Assembly: GCA_963693365.1 (NCBI GenBank)
Contig: CAVNZM010000004.1
Coordinates: forward strand, 13,315,088 to 13,379,087
Reading direction: 5' to 3'
Length of the DNA stretch: 64,000 nucleotides
Source of the DNA: Amoebidium appalachense
Lineage: Eukaryota; Protista; Ichthyosporea
Part shown: positions 35,346-49,108 of the stretch, piece after piece
Layout of the letters: each line of letters begins with the position of its first letter
How positions within the stretch are numbered: position 1 is the first letter of the stretch
Made by a program: the position numbers and the translations under genes
The notes under the pieces: generated by a model
The model's database searches: none
What the model saw: only the letters and a program-made list of their open reading frames with translations
What the model was told of the DNA's origin: nothing

Positions 35346-36338
35346 TGTGAAGGTTATCACCCCTGCAGCTAACTCTAACTCTACCTAGGAAACAACAGTA
35401 ATTGGGGCCCTTTGACGTGGAATGGGAAGGAAAAAACGAACCAGAAACACCCGCCATGTGAAAGGTGTGCAAGTCACACCCAATGCACCAAGAAAGTGAT
35501 AAGGTAACACGGGAAGCTAAATGAGCCGTGTGATTTGTAGCCACTTAGATGTGCTTTAAAATTGCAAGTGACTCTCCCAGGTCCCAGGATAGGCCAGCGG
35601 CGGCAGGCAAAAAAAAATAATGGAGTAGTTGCTTCTTACAAAGTAACTAGAAAGAGCTTCACAAAGAAGAAATAGTTTTTATAAATTAAAACAGCGACTT
35701 CTTATTATTTTTAACCCGCAAGTCAAGTTGGTTTCGGACCGACCTTGTACATAGCAATATCTATGTATTATGACAGGTGTTCTTGACCAATCGGACTGCA
35801 GGCACCCTGACAACGAAAAGTACTTCCATATATAGAAGTTTCTTGTTTTTGTGCAAGATTTATGTCAGAGCTCCTCTATGATTAGCTCTGCAAGCACCAG
35901 CGGGCACCATGTTTTTGGTGTGCAGCACTGGTGTCAGAGCTGTCAGACATCAGACAGTCAGAGCGTGAGACTGAGCTGAAGTTTGACAGCAACCCAGAAA
36001 ACACTTTGTTTTGGAGAGTACTTATGAAATAGTCTTGTTGGCTTTCTGAAGCAAAAAGTGAGCCCGGCCGGGATTCTCAAACTGAGGTTGCCACAGATAC
36101 ACAGCAATCAATATGAGTGCATGAATCATAAAAGCTTCAGACACTATGACCACTACCGAACCCTTGACCATTAGAGCCTGCATACATACAGTCTTGAGCG
36201 GTTTACAAAGTCGTAGCAAAACTCGCTCGTGAAGGGAAGGCCGCACGGTCAATTAGTTAGCTGAAAGCCCACGATAAAAAAACTAAATAGAAAGAAATGA
36301 CAACCACACACCCTGGTGTACTCTTCCAGTTTCCAGAA

Positions 36339-37069
36339 ATGGCAAGTCCTCAGCAGTCACCGACACCTGACGTGAGAGAGCTCGAAAGGCATGCCGTCTT
36401 TTGTAGTGCAAACCCGGACGAAGGCTCATGGAAGAACAACCTGGGGCGTCAGGGCGGCTTCTTTCGTGACCCTTGTTGGTATGACCTGCAGCTGGCGAGG
36501 CGGCTTCCCTTTCGCAACCCATGCAAGAGGAACTCTTGTTTGCCTTGCCCCCTCTGAGCGACCAAGACGTTGTGTGCGATGTTTGCTCTGGGACAGGAGC
36601 TCTGGCGAGCAAGATTCTGAACGCATATCCAAACATTTCTCGTTATGTGTGCGTTGAAAATAGCCAAGGCTGTGTGGCGGTCGCAAGTAAGCGCTTGGCT
36701 GAGTACGAGAAAGAGGGGAAGGTGTGCTTTTTGACCGAGCCATACACGTGTGAGGGAGGCACCCTCCCAACCCCCGCTGATGATAACCTGAAAGTTGCTT
36801 ACACTTGCATAGTGGCGAGTTTGGCACTGCATGTACTTGTGGGGCATGACGTAGAACGTGCACAGGCTATTAAGAGCTACGAGCGATTTTTCTCCGATTT
36901 GTTTGCTAGCCTGGCGCCCGGTGGGCACTTGATAGTTGGAGACCATGTGGGTAGCCTGCCGTTGTTTGACCAGCTGCTTCTAATACAGAAAGCGGGATTT
37001 GTAGACGTGGACGTGGCTTGGCGCCAGAGAGATTTTTTTGTTTGTGGGGCAAGAAAACCCAAGACGTAA
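36339..37069 (+). CDS. Intronless class I SAM-dependent methyltransferase; possible frameshift near 36505-36520
   Basis: ORF 36521-37069 has motif I VCDVCSGTG, VASLALH and LAPGGHLIVGD. The upstream frame (from ATG 36339) gives WYDLQLARRLP, which looks like the usual N-terminal helix; start codon uncertain. Confidence 0.8.
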
Positions 37070-37487
37070 AAGGCCACGACCAGCACCGAAACATCCCTAG
37101 CCGCTTTCTAAGGCGGATATGGAGCGGTATGTAAAATGCTCACGTGCATCGTTTCTTTGGGTGTTGGTTCGTATGACGGTTCGTGTGCCGTGTGTCGGGA
37201 CCCGCCGCGAACTGCCGGCGGCCAGTTGTCTGTAAATAGATACACCGTTAAACACAAGGTTCAAACCCTGTTTTGAAGTGTGCAGCTCTGCCCTTTCTAG
37301 CCTGCGCGTGCAAATGGTGTGGCCATTTCCATGTGAAGGCTTTTGGGCCTATGTCTTCATAGGCTTTTGAGTATGTTGATATATATGTATACTAAACACG
37401 CGTAACTACGACCTGTTTATTAGATGTATTGATTGGCTTGAGAAACACATCACTACAAAATTATAGCGCACGCGCACACACACACAC

Positions 37488-37538
<51 letters not shown>

Positions 37539-37571
37539 CCAGCTGATACCGAGTGTCCCGAGGGGAGCCCC

Positions 37572-37575
<4 letters not shown>

Positions 37576-37617
<42 letters not shown>

Positions 37618-37813
37618 GGGGAACCCCAACTAATTGATTTCTCCTTGTAGTCTTTATGGTGTCTCGTAGAGAAAGTAAACCCTGATATATAGTCACCACC
37701 CGACATCTATGTACGTGATCATGATATACCGCTGAGGGGATATTCCGAGCAAAAACCCCCCCCCATACCTGAGACTGGTTCTCTTTGCCTCGAGTAAACA
37801 GCGTAAACCCCAT
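37576..37813 (-). mobile_element. Dispersed repeat family 2 (T-tailed), copy 2, uninterrupted
   Basis: Reverse-complement match to 24175-24664 without the nested insertions; terminal GGGGTTCCCC palindrome adjacent to a ~40-nt T tract. Confidence 0.8.
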
Positions 37814-38000
37814 ATGTATATGCCTCGGAGTTGACTGGTTGGAAGCAGCCCGCGGCCAACACCTTATGTATCTGTAGATATTTGGAGAATCCCCCCTCCC
37901 CCCCCTCCCCCCTTCCGGAAAGAGAAAAAAAACAAAAAAAAAAACGGGCTACCACCACCATGCATCCACCGAAGCCGCCAGCTTCTAACCTCACAAGTGC

Positions 38001-38036
<36 letters not shown>

Positions 38037-38037
38037 A

Positions 38038-38072
<35 letters not shown>

Positions 38073-38163
38073 GGGCTACCACCACCTCGTACGCTGGGAG
38101 CCACCTCCTCCCAATCACGGCGGATTCACACCGGTACACGCACCCTTTCCCCCGGCTCTGCCC

Positions 38164-38207
<44 letters not shown>

Positions 38208-39345
38208 CCAACCACCACCACCACCACTGTGGCAGCACCACCACCACCACCACCAAACCAAAAAAACAACCACCACCACCAAAAAAAAAAAAAAAAGCGA
38301 GGCCGTCTCCTCCAAATTCACCTGAAATGATGATTATCATCATAAGTCCCTTCCTCTTCCCCCCCCCCCCCCCGACCCCCCAACACGTAACACACACACA
38401 CACACAGACACCAAAAAAATGACCGGCTACCATCAACACAAAGGCTTGCCTCCCAGACTCCAGTTCACACGTGTACACCGTGGCGCTTGTACATACACAC
38501 ACCAGAGATGTTGTCGCGCACACGTATATTACCACCACGTGCACCATCACCCACGACTACAGCCCATTCCACCTAAATATAATAATGGCAGTATAGCTGC
38601 GGACCCAACCAGTTCATGAGCTGCAGAGCAAGACATGCCCAAGAAAGTGTGATGAAAAGTAGCAAACCGACACCGAAGCCGAAGATCCCATAATAATCGC
38701 TCTGCTCAGCCTGAGGTATGACGCAACATGGTACATAAAAGCCTTGGTGGTGTTCAAGCAAGCTGTTCAAGCATGAATGTCATTTAATAATATGCAGGCG
38801 CATACGCTTGACACCAAGATAAATGGAACGTGTGTTTACCAAAACAGCTTTGGCATGGGCTCCCCCATAAGGCACCATGGCAGAGAAGTCTTTAATAGCT
38901 GTATTATGATGGCTATCCGCTGCACGAGAAAGTCAGCAACAGAACCAAAGGGAAATAAGTTTAACCTATATTCCCTCCATCCACTCACTGAGTGGCGAGT
39001 GACGGGTGCTCTAATATATATCCTAATGTGGGCCACTGGGTGCTGGGGGTCCTTAATTTGCCAACTTGAAACAAATCTGTACACATCAATTGAAAGTGAT
39101 TACTGCCCGGACTCAACCTGCAATAGCATTCACCCCTGCTTTTCCCGTCAACTTTCTATCAGTATGGCCAGGGGCAGAACTTGAGCAACCAAAAAAAAAT
39201 CCTCTCAAGAGATATCTCGAGCACCAACAAAAATAAACGACAAATCTGTAGGATCCAATCATTCCACTATACGGCATGGTAGCCAGAAGCTCTTAAAGCC
39301 CATGTACAACCATGAAGCTCCCAGCAAGATGCAATTGCTGAAGGC

Positions 39346-39529
39346 TTACTCGTCGGCTTCCAGACCCGCATACTTGTTGGAGATGGGCGCCTGCAGCACA
39401 TGAATATATGATATTGGTCAACAATCCATAAAAAGTTCCACTAAGGCCTTTCTTCGGGAGCAACTACCCCCCCCCCCCCCCCCCTCCACCACCACCACCA
39501 CCACACACACACCCTTCCTCCTCCTCCCT

Positions 39530-39572
<43 letters not shown>

Positions 39573-39640
39573 AAAGAAGCTGACAGAACCTCTAAGCCCA
39601 GAATGTTCGTGGCACGCAAACTTCCTCCTCCTCCTACCCC

Positions 39641-39671
<31 letters not shown>

Positions 39672-39867
39672 AAAAAGAAGCTGACAGAACCTCTAAGCCC
39701 AGAATGTTCGTGGCACGCAAACCACTGAAGCTGCCGACACATTGGTGTTCCTTACATATATGCACCCACCCCACGTTCCCCACCCCCAAAGGACACACAC
39801 ACGAATGGCCATAAGAATAAAGTTTTACCATTTTGTTGCTCTTAAGTAACAGGAATGCCTTGTTTCC

Positions 39868-39902
<35 letters not shown>

Positions 39903-39986
39903 CAACAACAACATCACCACACACCCACACCCAAAAGAACGGTGAAGGCTCAGAGTGTACACCCACACCACACTCTCTCTCTCTTC

Positions 39987-40019
<33 letters not shown>

Positions 40020-42928
40020 GCGCGCACATGTGTGTTTTTTGAGTTTGAGTGCTGGTGGTGGTGGTGTGTGTGTGTGTGTGGGTGGGAGGGGAGGGGAGGG
40101 GTGAGGAAAGGTGTGTGGGTTGAAGGGCCCCTGTCTTCTTTTCTGCAGACACTATGTTTATGGGATGACACAGGGTTTAGGTGGGAGGAGGAAGAGGACA
40201 ACAAACCACGGGAGGAGGGGTTCCCCTGCCGGTGGGCTCGGCCTCACGGGGAGGTGCACGCTGCTCAGGGCCACTGGGTCTGTGTGTGCCGAATGTTAGC
40301 ACCATGGAAATATTACATGCAAAAGCGTGGAAAGCATTCATCCTGAGGAGGGCAAGCACACCATGTCAAACACTACTCCATTCAACACAAGGAACACAGG
40401 GGAAATGGGGGTTTCATGTTCATTTGACGCACCTTGTCTTAACGCATGCACGCCTTTAACAGCTCCACGCCAAAGGAGTATCCTCCCCCCCCCCCCCCCC
40501 CCCAAAAAAACACTGCTACTACTACTACCACCAACACACACACACCATTACCACACGCACCACCTCTACCACCACATGCACACACACAGACATTTCGACA
40601 CTTAATGGAAAGGCACACATACCCTCGCCTATCGTCTCTGTTGTAGGAGCCGCTGCCACGGTTGCCATAGCCACTGCACAGCATTGTGTTAGGGGCAGGC
40701 AGCAACACACCACAAGCACGTGCATGTGTTAGTATCTATTTTTTTCCACCTTGCCCTTTCTCTACCCTTAACTGAATCTTTCTAGCCAAACCCAATGCCT
40801 ACGGCAGGGAAATGCAACCTTCAAAGCATGGAAGGCCCCCATGCACGGATCCGGGTATGTCGATAGGACACTATACGGTGGCCTAATGGCCGCATGCACC
40901 TGTGCACCTGCATTGCGCAGTGACGAATGGCAGCAAGTGGCAGCACGGGACACTCACCCTCTCCGGTCGTCTTCTCCCCTGGGATAGCGATTGTGCCCAC
41001 CCCTGGACCACATGCCACAACCGTTAATCTCCGCAGAGATGAAAACAGGAAGAAAAAAGACATTCCCCCCTCGCTCCCCTCTCCCTCCAACCTCCCCAAA
41101 GAAACCATCACTACATTCCCATTCACCATCGAGTCCAACCCTCCACCCTCTCTACCCCAGCAGCACATAGCTTGACGAAAGCTCCCTACTTAGCCCCCCA
41201 CCCCCAAAGGGAACTCCCTGCAAATGCACCAGAAGCTTTCAACTGACGTGCCGAGCCTCAGTCTCTGCGTGCTATCCTCCCCCCTCCCCCCTCCCCTTGT
41301 GCGCACGCCCTGCATGCACACACCACCCGCACATCCTCGACAGCCCCCTTGTCATCACATAACCCATGCACCACAGCCCACAGGACTATCAGACACACGC
41401 ACCTGTCACCACCACGGCTGTCTCTGTTGTCGCGCCTGTCTCCATAATCGCGGCGCTCCCCCCCATACCCACTACGGTCATCGCGCCTGTCATAGCCACT
41501 GCCGTGCTCGGCATGGCGCTGCTCACGATCACGCCTGCCCCCACCAAAGTGGCTGTACTGGCCGGCCCTGTCACCCCCATCATCGTGACGGGGTCTATCG
41601 GCATCACGGCTGAAGCGTCTCTCGTGGGGCTCAGATGCCTGCTCACGGGGGCCATCGTGGCTGTCCGCTGGCTTGCCCTCACCACTGTGTAGGCATGTCA
41701 TCAGAACGGGTGATGTTGGAGGATGATGAAATAGTGAACTTGTGAGAGCATTTGTGTTGCACGTGGTTGGCTGGCAGGATTCAGAAAAAGCTTGTTACAT
41801 AGAATTCCCATCTCCTTTTCCAAGGCTGAAGTTAATCCTCCGGTGGTATGATCAAAAGGGGCACCAGAGATAGGCGGGGGAGGGGGGTAGGGGAAGGGGG
41901 GGGGGGGGGGGGGGGGGGGGTTACCTGGCCGGTTCCTTGCTAGCGGCCTTCAGGCGCATCTCAGCAAGACGCTTCTCTGTGAGGTGGAGGATACGTCAAT
42001 ACCTTACGTTATTTAGGCCCCTCCCCCCGGGCACCGCCTCCCCCGCCCCCCAAACCAACCAACCCCCCCCCCCCCCCCCCCCCCCTTTGTACTACAACCT
42101 CGATTACACACCATACACCAACTCAAACCACTACCCCCATGAATCTCAACCTCGCATCACCACTCAACCCTTTTCCACTCTCCAATAGTGCACACATTAG
42201 CCCGTGCCTCTCCACTAACCGATAGCAGCCTCGCGCTGGGCCGTATCCACAGGCCTGGCCGCCCCAAACGGGTTGCTGGCCTTGTGGTCGTGGTGCTCCT
42301 CCTTGTGCTCAGCTGCAGCTGCTTTCTCGGCTGCCGGCTTGGCCGCCTCCTGCATGGCGCAGAATATAAGAGGTTATCTCCGTCCAGATGGAAAAGAGAT
42401 AAAATCAGCAGGCAAGGGGTTAAAAGCTTCCCTCCTTTTTAAGCCCTCCTCTTAAACAACCCACACATCTACCCGTAACCCCGATCGCCGTGCCTATCCA
42501 CATACAAACCACCACGTCTACCAGGTCATGGCACACAGTAGCATGAATGCACTACCCTACACATTTAACACACCACACCACATGCACACACAGCCAGGCC
42601 CTACATACCGCTCCCTCTGCCGCCGTCTTCGGCTCAACCTTCTCTACAGGGGCAGTGCGTGGCTTCAGGTTCAAACGTGGCCTCTCGGCGGGCGCAGGCT
42701 CGGACGGTGCGGCTGTGTGTGTTCCCGGGGGAGGAGGGGGGGGAGGGGGGGGGGGGGGGGGTTGAGGAGATGTTGGTCAACACAGCCACATTGAACGAGA
42801 TACACTGTGTACCACATGTGGGCATAATCATATAGGAAACCCTAATACAGCGCCCCATTGTGAATGTGGACAGAGTAGCTACATAGCAGAGGACTTTGGA
42901 AAGACCTGCACGATAGGACGCGTGCGCG

Positions 42929-42961
<33 letters not shown>

Positions 42962-44286
42962 ATGTCTGCACATGCAATTGTGTGTGCGTCTCACAGGTGT
43001 GGATATATTTCAGACTGCTCACCTTCACTGCGGCCCCAGCGCCCAGCACTGCTCCTGCTGTGAAAGAAACTGTTAGTGCCCAAGCAAACAAAACAAACAC
43101 TCCAACCAGAACACCAGAAAGCATCCCAAGCGCACAGCAAGTGGGCAATCACATCAACATTGGATGGTATATGCTCATGCAGGTGGCCAAAAGCGAGCAG
43201 GGTGACAGGACAAAAATCTGGACGTCTGGCTATCCACACGTGTATACGCAGACCATTAAGGCAGACCTTAAATATACCACTCTGACCTACACCTCTCCAT
43301 GGTGACGTCTACGAAAGCAGGGCCGAAAAACACAGCCACACACCTGCTGTCTCTGTCCCCATATCTGTCGCCCGACCTGTCACCAAATCTGTCGCTGGAC
43401 CGGTCGTTGTATCTGTCGGCAAACCCGCCACCTGACCTGCTGGAGTCGCCTGCAAATGAACAGCACATCAGCACTGGCTCACTGCTTGTCATGTGGGGCT
43501 TGCTTTCAGCAGTCTGTTGAGTCGTTTCGAGTACTCAATTGGTCCTGTTCAACAACTGCCTTCATCCCTTCCCTTAAACCCCTCCCCCCTTCCACCGTTA
43601 ATCTAAGCTGGCTTGTCTAGAACCATGAAAGGTACTTCCCATGCAGAAAACTGAGAGAAGGAAGGGTTCTTCAAAGGAGAAGGGTTGAACAGCTCCCTAC
43701 ATCGAGTCATATGCGAAATGTAAAGTTCGTTTTAGTGGTGGCCACCCCTGTATCAGCATGCTCATATGTGTATTTTGTATATGTGATCCCCCAGGGGGGA
43801 AGGGGAGGGGGGGGTAGGCACACCATAACGGTCGCCGCCAAAGCCACGGTCACGTGATGAGGGTGCCGGTGCAGGGGGAAGGGGAGCAGCACGCTCACGC
43901 CAGTTGCCCCCGGCACTGCGGTCCTCCTCCCCTCGCTCAGAATCACCAAAGCCCCCACGGTCACGCTGTGGCCGGTCTCCCCCTGCACAAACACCCCACA
44001 ACCTGGTAAGAACTTGCCATAGAGGAAGTGTCCTACATTAAAGGGGTGGCATTGCTCACAGCAGGAATGCTCAGAGTTTAAGAAATATACATGTACTAGA
44101 AGTGTACCCTGCCATTGTGCCGTGAGTGAAGGAAGTGTGAAAAAGACAAGAATGTGGCTTGTATCTGGAAAATGCCCGGAAAGAAACACAAGGGAACAAA
44201 AAGGAGTACCATCTGTACATCTGAAAAATAGGATAAGGGTTGGCCACGTGTTCTAATGTGAGTGAGCGAGCGTGTGTGTGTATTTG

Positions 44287-44318
<32 letters not shown>

Positions 44319-44543
44319 ATACTGTGTTATAGAGTACGAAGTATATATGACGGACAACACAATGCCGAGTGCAGAACATACACAACACGCCTCTTAAACC
44401 TCAAAAAGGGGGGACTAAATGATGTCCAAATGCTTTGCCTGCGTATAACCGATCATCTGTCTGCAGGTGGTAGGGAAATGTGTCTGTGTGACAGTGTGTG
44501 TCTGTGTCCGTGTCTTCATGCATCTGTGAACCGTGCGCGTGCC

Positions 44544-44576
<33 letters not shown>

Positions 44577-45042
44577 CGCGCGCGCCAACAACGGGTCAAG
44601 CGATCCACTTACCCTTGCTCTCTGACACGTCGATGCGAACGTTGCGACCCATCAAGTCCTGTTTGATAGCAACAGTGTCAACCAATCACATCTACGCTAT
44701 AGCCAAGAAAAACACACTTCCACAAACTCAAGGTAGTAATTTCTTATAAGATCCAAAAGCATACGTTCCCAGCAATGGCAGCCTCTCCTGGGCACATAGC
44801 TTTGTATCATCTCCACCCTAACTCCCCCCCCCCCCCCCCACCGGTCCAAGACGCAAAACAGCCACTTGCATACCGAATTCCTGCCAGGCCATAACCCCTG
44901 ACATTGCATGAACACATTACTTTTAGTGTTGTTAAAGTGGTGAGGGATGTGCACCTGTCTATATGTGCTGAAAAGGAGGCGGACTACAAGTTTGTGTGTG
45001 TGCTCAGGCTTTTTAGTTTTTTTTGGTGTGTGTGTGTGTGTG

Positions 45043-45077
<35 letters not shown>

Positions 45078-45582
45078 TGAATGCGGAACACAGTACCAAG
45101 TACGCATACACGATGAGAAGCATGGTGCAGGACACATGCAAAGGCAAACATTCAAGTATGCAAACATTCAAGTACTTTCCCTGAGGATGGGCTCTGCTTA
45201 TGACGCATACTGTGCGCATGGCTGATGCTGCATACTTGAATGTTTGCCTTTCTTTCAACTACTACGGGGGGGGGGGGGGGGGGGGGGGGGAGGGGGGGGG
45301 GGCTTGCCTGGCCGTTGAAAGTAAGCGCTTTAACCAGTGACTCGCGGTCACCAAACTCCACGTAGCCAAAACCCTTTGGCTTGCCAGACTCACGATCCTT
45401 CACATCATAGAAGCTCACGACCTGCAAAATCCTTTTTCAATTAACCCATTCTACACTCTCCCTTCATTTGTCCTTTTTCTCTTACCCCCCCCCCCAACAA
45501 CCCCCCCTCTGTCTCCACCCTCAACCCCCCCCCCCCCAACCTCCCCCGTGCGAACCACAAAAAAGCAGCACACACACACACG

Positions 45583-45614
<32 letters not shown>

Positions 45615-46923
45615 TCTTCTCTTCTCCCACTCCACCCCAGCTTGTACCCATTCGCATTATGCTCCAAAGCCCCCAACTAACATTGCCCCAAATAGGTCCT
45701 CCACCGCTGTTTGTCCAGCAAACAAAACGAGCTGTCATCCGAGACTCTGTCCATACCCAGCCAGCGCCCAAGCATCACTCCATCTCGACCACACCTTCTC
45801 CCCCCCCCCCCCCCTGCCTTCCCCCCCCCCAAAAAACCAAAAGGCCTCCAATCCAGCACCCCCTCCGGCATCTCTAAACCAAGGTGGCCTATTCACCCAA
45901 GCACCATTTTGCATACCAACCAAAGGAAAATATGGCAGTAAAAAGCAAGTAAGGCTTGGGTGCCCCGAGCACAAAAAGCAAATGTATCCGCTCACAAGCA
46001 TCGTGATGTGATCAGGCCACAATACCTTGCAGCCCTCGAAAAAGTCACGGACGGCAGTCTCATCCACTGCGTAATCCAGATTTCCCACGTAGGCCTTGTA
46101 AGGCGGGCGGTCGGGAATCTGTACCGTTACAATTCATCTTGTCAGCCACAGGACAAGATTGCAGATTGCATACAGCAGTCTCCGAATGTAAGGGGCCCTC
46201 TGCCAAAAGAACGAATATATGCATACAAGCAGTTATCAACCAGCCCTTTGTGCATGCACCGTGAGCTGCGAACAGGTATACTACGGCAAGCATGCCAGCT
46301 CTTCATCTTTCTCACCTCAGCAGGTCCAGAGCGTTCGCGTGTGCTCGACCGTGAGCCATAGTCGCGGCCCCCCGAGGACCCGCCATAGCGGTCGTCACTC
46401 TGGCTGCCATAGCCCATACGGCTAAAGGCCCCACCAATGCCCCCAGCCGGTCTGTCGTCGTGGTCGTCGACATAGCGAGACGACGCTGTGAGACACAATA
46501 CAAGTCAAGATCTGGCTCGGTTTAATGTAAATCTGGCTTCAGCGCAAAAGGCCAAAAGCAAACACGGTGGTGCAGACGGAATTGGCAAACAAAGCAAAAA
46601 ATCCTAGGCACCAACATCCCAGCGTTCTTGCCCGCACAATATCGTTCAGTACAACTTCAAACCTCCCCCTCCCCCTCACCCCCACCCCCCCGCCCTCCCT
46701 CGTGTCTGCTTGTCCGAACACCCACAAACGGACGTTAAATGGAGTCCCGGCGAAACAGTTGTGTGCTTCAACCAGAGCTCAAGGGGCGAGAGAAGACCAA
46801 AAAGACAAGTTACTCACGCTCAGTGGGAAGATTCTCGGTCTCGTCGGCCCAGGAGGTGGAGCCACCAGTAGTGGCTAAGAAGTCTCCCAGAGCCATCTTC
46901 TTGGCCTTTGGCTTGGGTCCCAT
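39346..46923 (-). CDS. EIF4B: Eukaryotic translation initiation factor 4B
   Basis: Exons 46923-46818, 46485-46316, 46118-46026, 45421-45308 (GC donor), 44658-44613, 43982-43824, 43449-43344, 43057-43023, 42712-42609, 42349-42220, 41976-41925, 41684-41403, 41002-40958, 40673-40623, about 40278-40207, 39390-39346. SWADE, RRM (PPYKAYVGNL, KGFGYVEF), DRYG repeats, ERPRLNLKPRT, NPFGAARPVDT, terminal SNKYAGL. Small 3' exons may be missing. Confidence 0.93.
45076..45251 (-). mobile_element. C-tailed LINE subfamily B copy with 5' inversion
   Basis: 45076-45162 is the 3' end on the minus strand; 45178-45251 is the adjacent upstream part on the plus strand; long G tracts flank both sides (45045-45075, about 45266-45302). 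Confidence 0.82.
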
Positions 46924-48190
46924 CTTCGATGCTCTGAGGGCACACCCCTTTCCCAGTTAATAACAGTCTACCTGACTTGCAGTATAAACAATTCGCCGTC
47001 TAGAAGGCACTATTTTTCTGCTCCTTATAAAGCCTGAAGTTCGATAATTTGCAGTACTTCCTCAATTTCCTATTTGACCAAACCAAACTTGCCCCTTCCC
47101 AACAGCCGGCCGGCAAACCCGGCCACGGCCTATTTTTCCAACCAGCACGCCACAAATGCCAAATTTGCACCCCGTATGTTTTATATGCCCTACCTTCTAC
47201 GCTCGACGCGATTTCACGACCTAAAAAAGAGGTGTGTGTAGACAGCTAACTCTGCTTGAGCGTTTTCGTCGTTTTGTGATGCCAGCACACGAGGAGCAAA
47301 GCTGGAGCCTGTTGATTGGCTGCTGATCTTTACCGCACACGTGGGGTGCGGCTCAATCCCAGCGGCCGCCATCCCTCTAAATCCGTTTGATGGTTGGACG
47401 CGACGTTTTAAATACTGTGCATGCGCCTGTTAGTCTACACCAGCGTTTATTTCAGTTATTAGTGCTACCGGTTTTATAAGGCCATGATATTCATCCACTT
47501 AGCGCTGCTTCCAAGTGCGCCAAATTCCCGGCTTTCACGGCAACCTAGCTCTGTGTAACAGGCTAACGGCCACATGAAAGACTTCTAAAATGGGAGACCT
47601 GTTTTTATCTTTCTTTATTAACAGTTGAGCAATTTATGCCGAATTTTCAGGCTGCGCAATACTTTTTAGGTCCCACTGGCCGAGTGACGGTCTGAGCCGC
47701 CGAGTACCGATCGCGATATCATGATGTTACCAGCATGACGTCACGATCTGAGTGAGATCGGCCGCCCGTGTGACTTGGCCCTAAGAGATTTCAGCTGGTG
47801 CGCCAAAACTGAGAAAGAGAAGAGAGATAGCCCTCCGGGTTAGCTAGAACCCTGCAGCTGGTAGTCCGTTTTAGCACGGAGAAGTCACAACAAGCGTGAA
47901 CGAAAGTTGGATAGAACTCGGTTATATGAGTAAGCCTTGCCTTTTTAATTTACCTGCCAGTCGTTGGGCCGTATTTTCTTGATTCCAAGCTACCCTGCCA
48001 CGTCTAGACTCCGAGGCAACTTTTCAGAAGGGTTTCATTTCTCAACTGCCCCTTGCCGGGTTGTCGGCGGGGTGTCCACTTCTTTGTAACTAGGAGGAGG
48101 TCGATGATATTTTGCCGCTGTGGGCTGTCTTTTGGTCAACGGGTTAGGATGTTGCCTTGTCCCAGACGGTGATCTGTCCAGCGGTTGAAC
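46924..48190. promoter_or_regulatory. Putative bidirectional promoter between eIF4B and USP10
   Basis: 1.27-kb microsatellite-free, CpG-containing interval between divergent starts; TGACGTCA at 47736-47743. Confidence 0.5.
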
Positions 48191-49066
48191 ATGGTAAGTT
48201 CTTTTCGCAGCACACTTCCTGCTTGTTTAGTGTTGCTCCCTTCAACTGAGCTGTAGCCGGCACTTGGCCTATACAAGGTGGTTTAGCAACGTTTTTGAGC
48301 CCCTTTACAGGTTTTTTTGCCTGGACATTTGCTTTTGTCTAAGCACGTTACAGAACTTCTCGTCTTCGGGGTTACCTTTACAGATGTAGACTGGGAGAAA
48401 CTGGTCATTGCCGTTTCGCTTTATAACTGTGCGATATGAAAACAGAAGGACATCTTGGTGGACTATCTGATAATGTTTTTATTTTATTTGTCAAACCTCT
48501 GGGCTTTCCACTTGCGCCAGCAATGTCTCTGTGTAGTAGTTTCCAGTGAACGAACCACAAAGGTCGAAAGTGGAGGGTGTTGGGTTGCATGGTCTTTATG
48601 TTTTCTCCAGGTTTGCTGCGTGGTGGTGTCCGTCGTGAATGTGCACTTCAAACCTTGTAACTCACTACATCCCCCTGCCCTTCATTCCTTTGCTTGACCT
48701 GTAATTTGCTACTCCCCTTCTCTCTTTCTGTGGCGGTGGTATTCTTGTGTTCGGGAGGTGGGAGAAGAGGAAGAGAGGGAGAGGGAGGGAGGGAGAGAGA
48801 GGGGGGGGGGGGGGGGGAGGGGAGGGAGGGGAGGGAGAATGCCGGGTGTATTTTTGAAGGCGAGATCATGGTTTACTGCAGCTTGGTGAAGAACTACTGA
48901 GTATTTTCCATAATTTGGATTGGCGTATGCTTCTGTGCCCTATCTTATCTTCTATCCTTTTCCACCTCACCGTTTGTCTCTCCTCCCTCCCCTCCTCCTC
49001 CCGCCCCCTCCCCCCAAAACCTCCTTCCCCGCATTGCTCCCTTCCTCAACCCCTAACCTTCCTCAC

Positions 49067-49108
<42 letters not shown>

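Noticed and set aside
36504-36515. CCC TTT CGC as a PA-X-type +1 frameshift site
   Set aside because: A +1 shift leads to the non-catalytic frame; the methyltransferase needs a -1 shift.
38573-38770. 65-aa hydrophobic ORF on the minus strand
   Set aside because: No recognisable motif, non-ATG start, and it lies in the likely eIF4B 3' flank.
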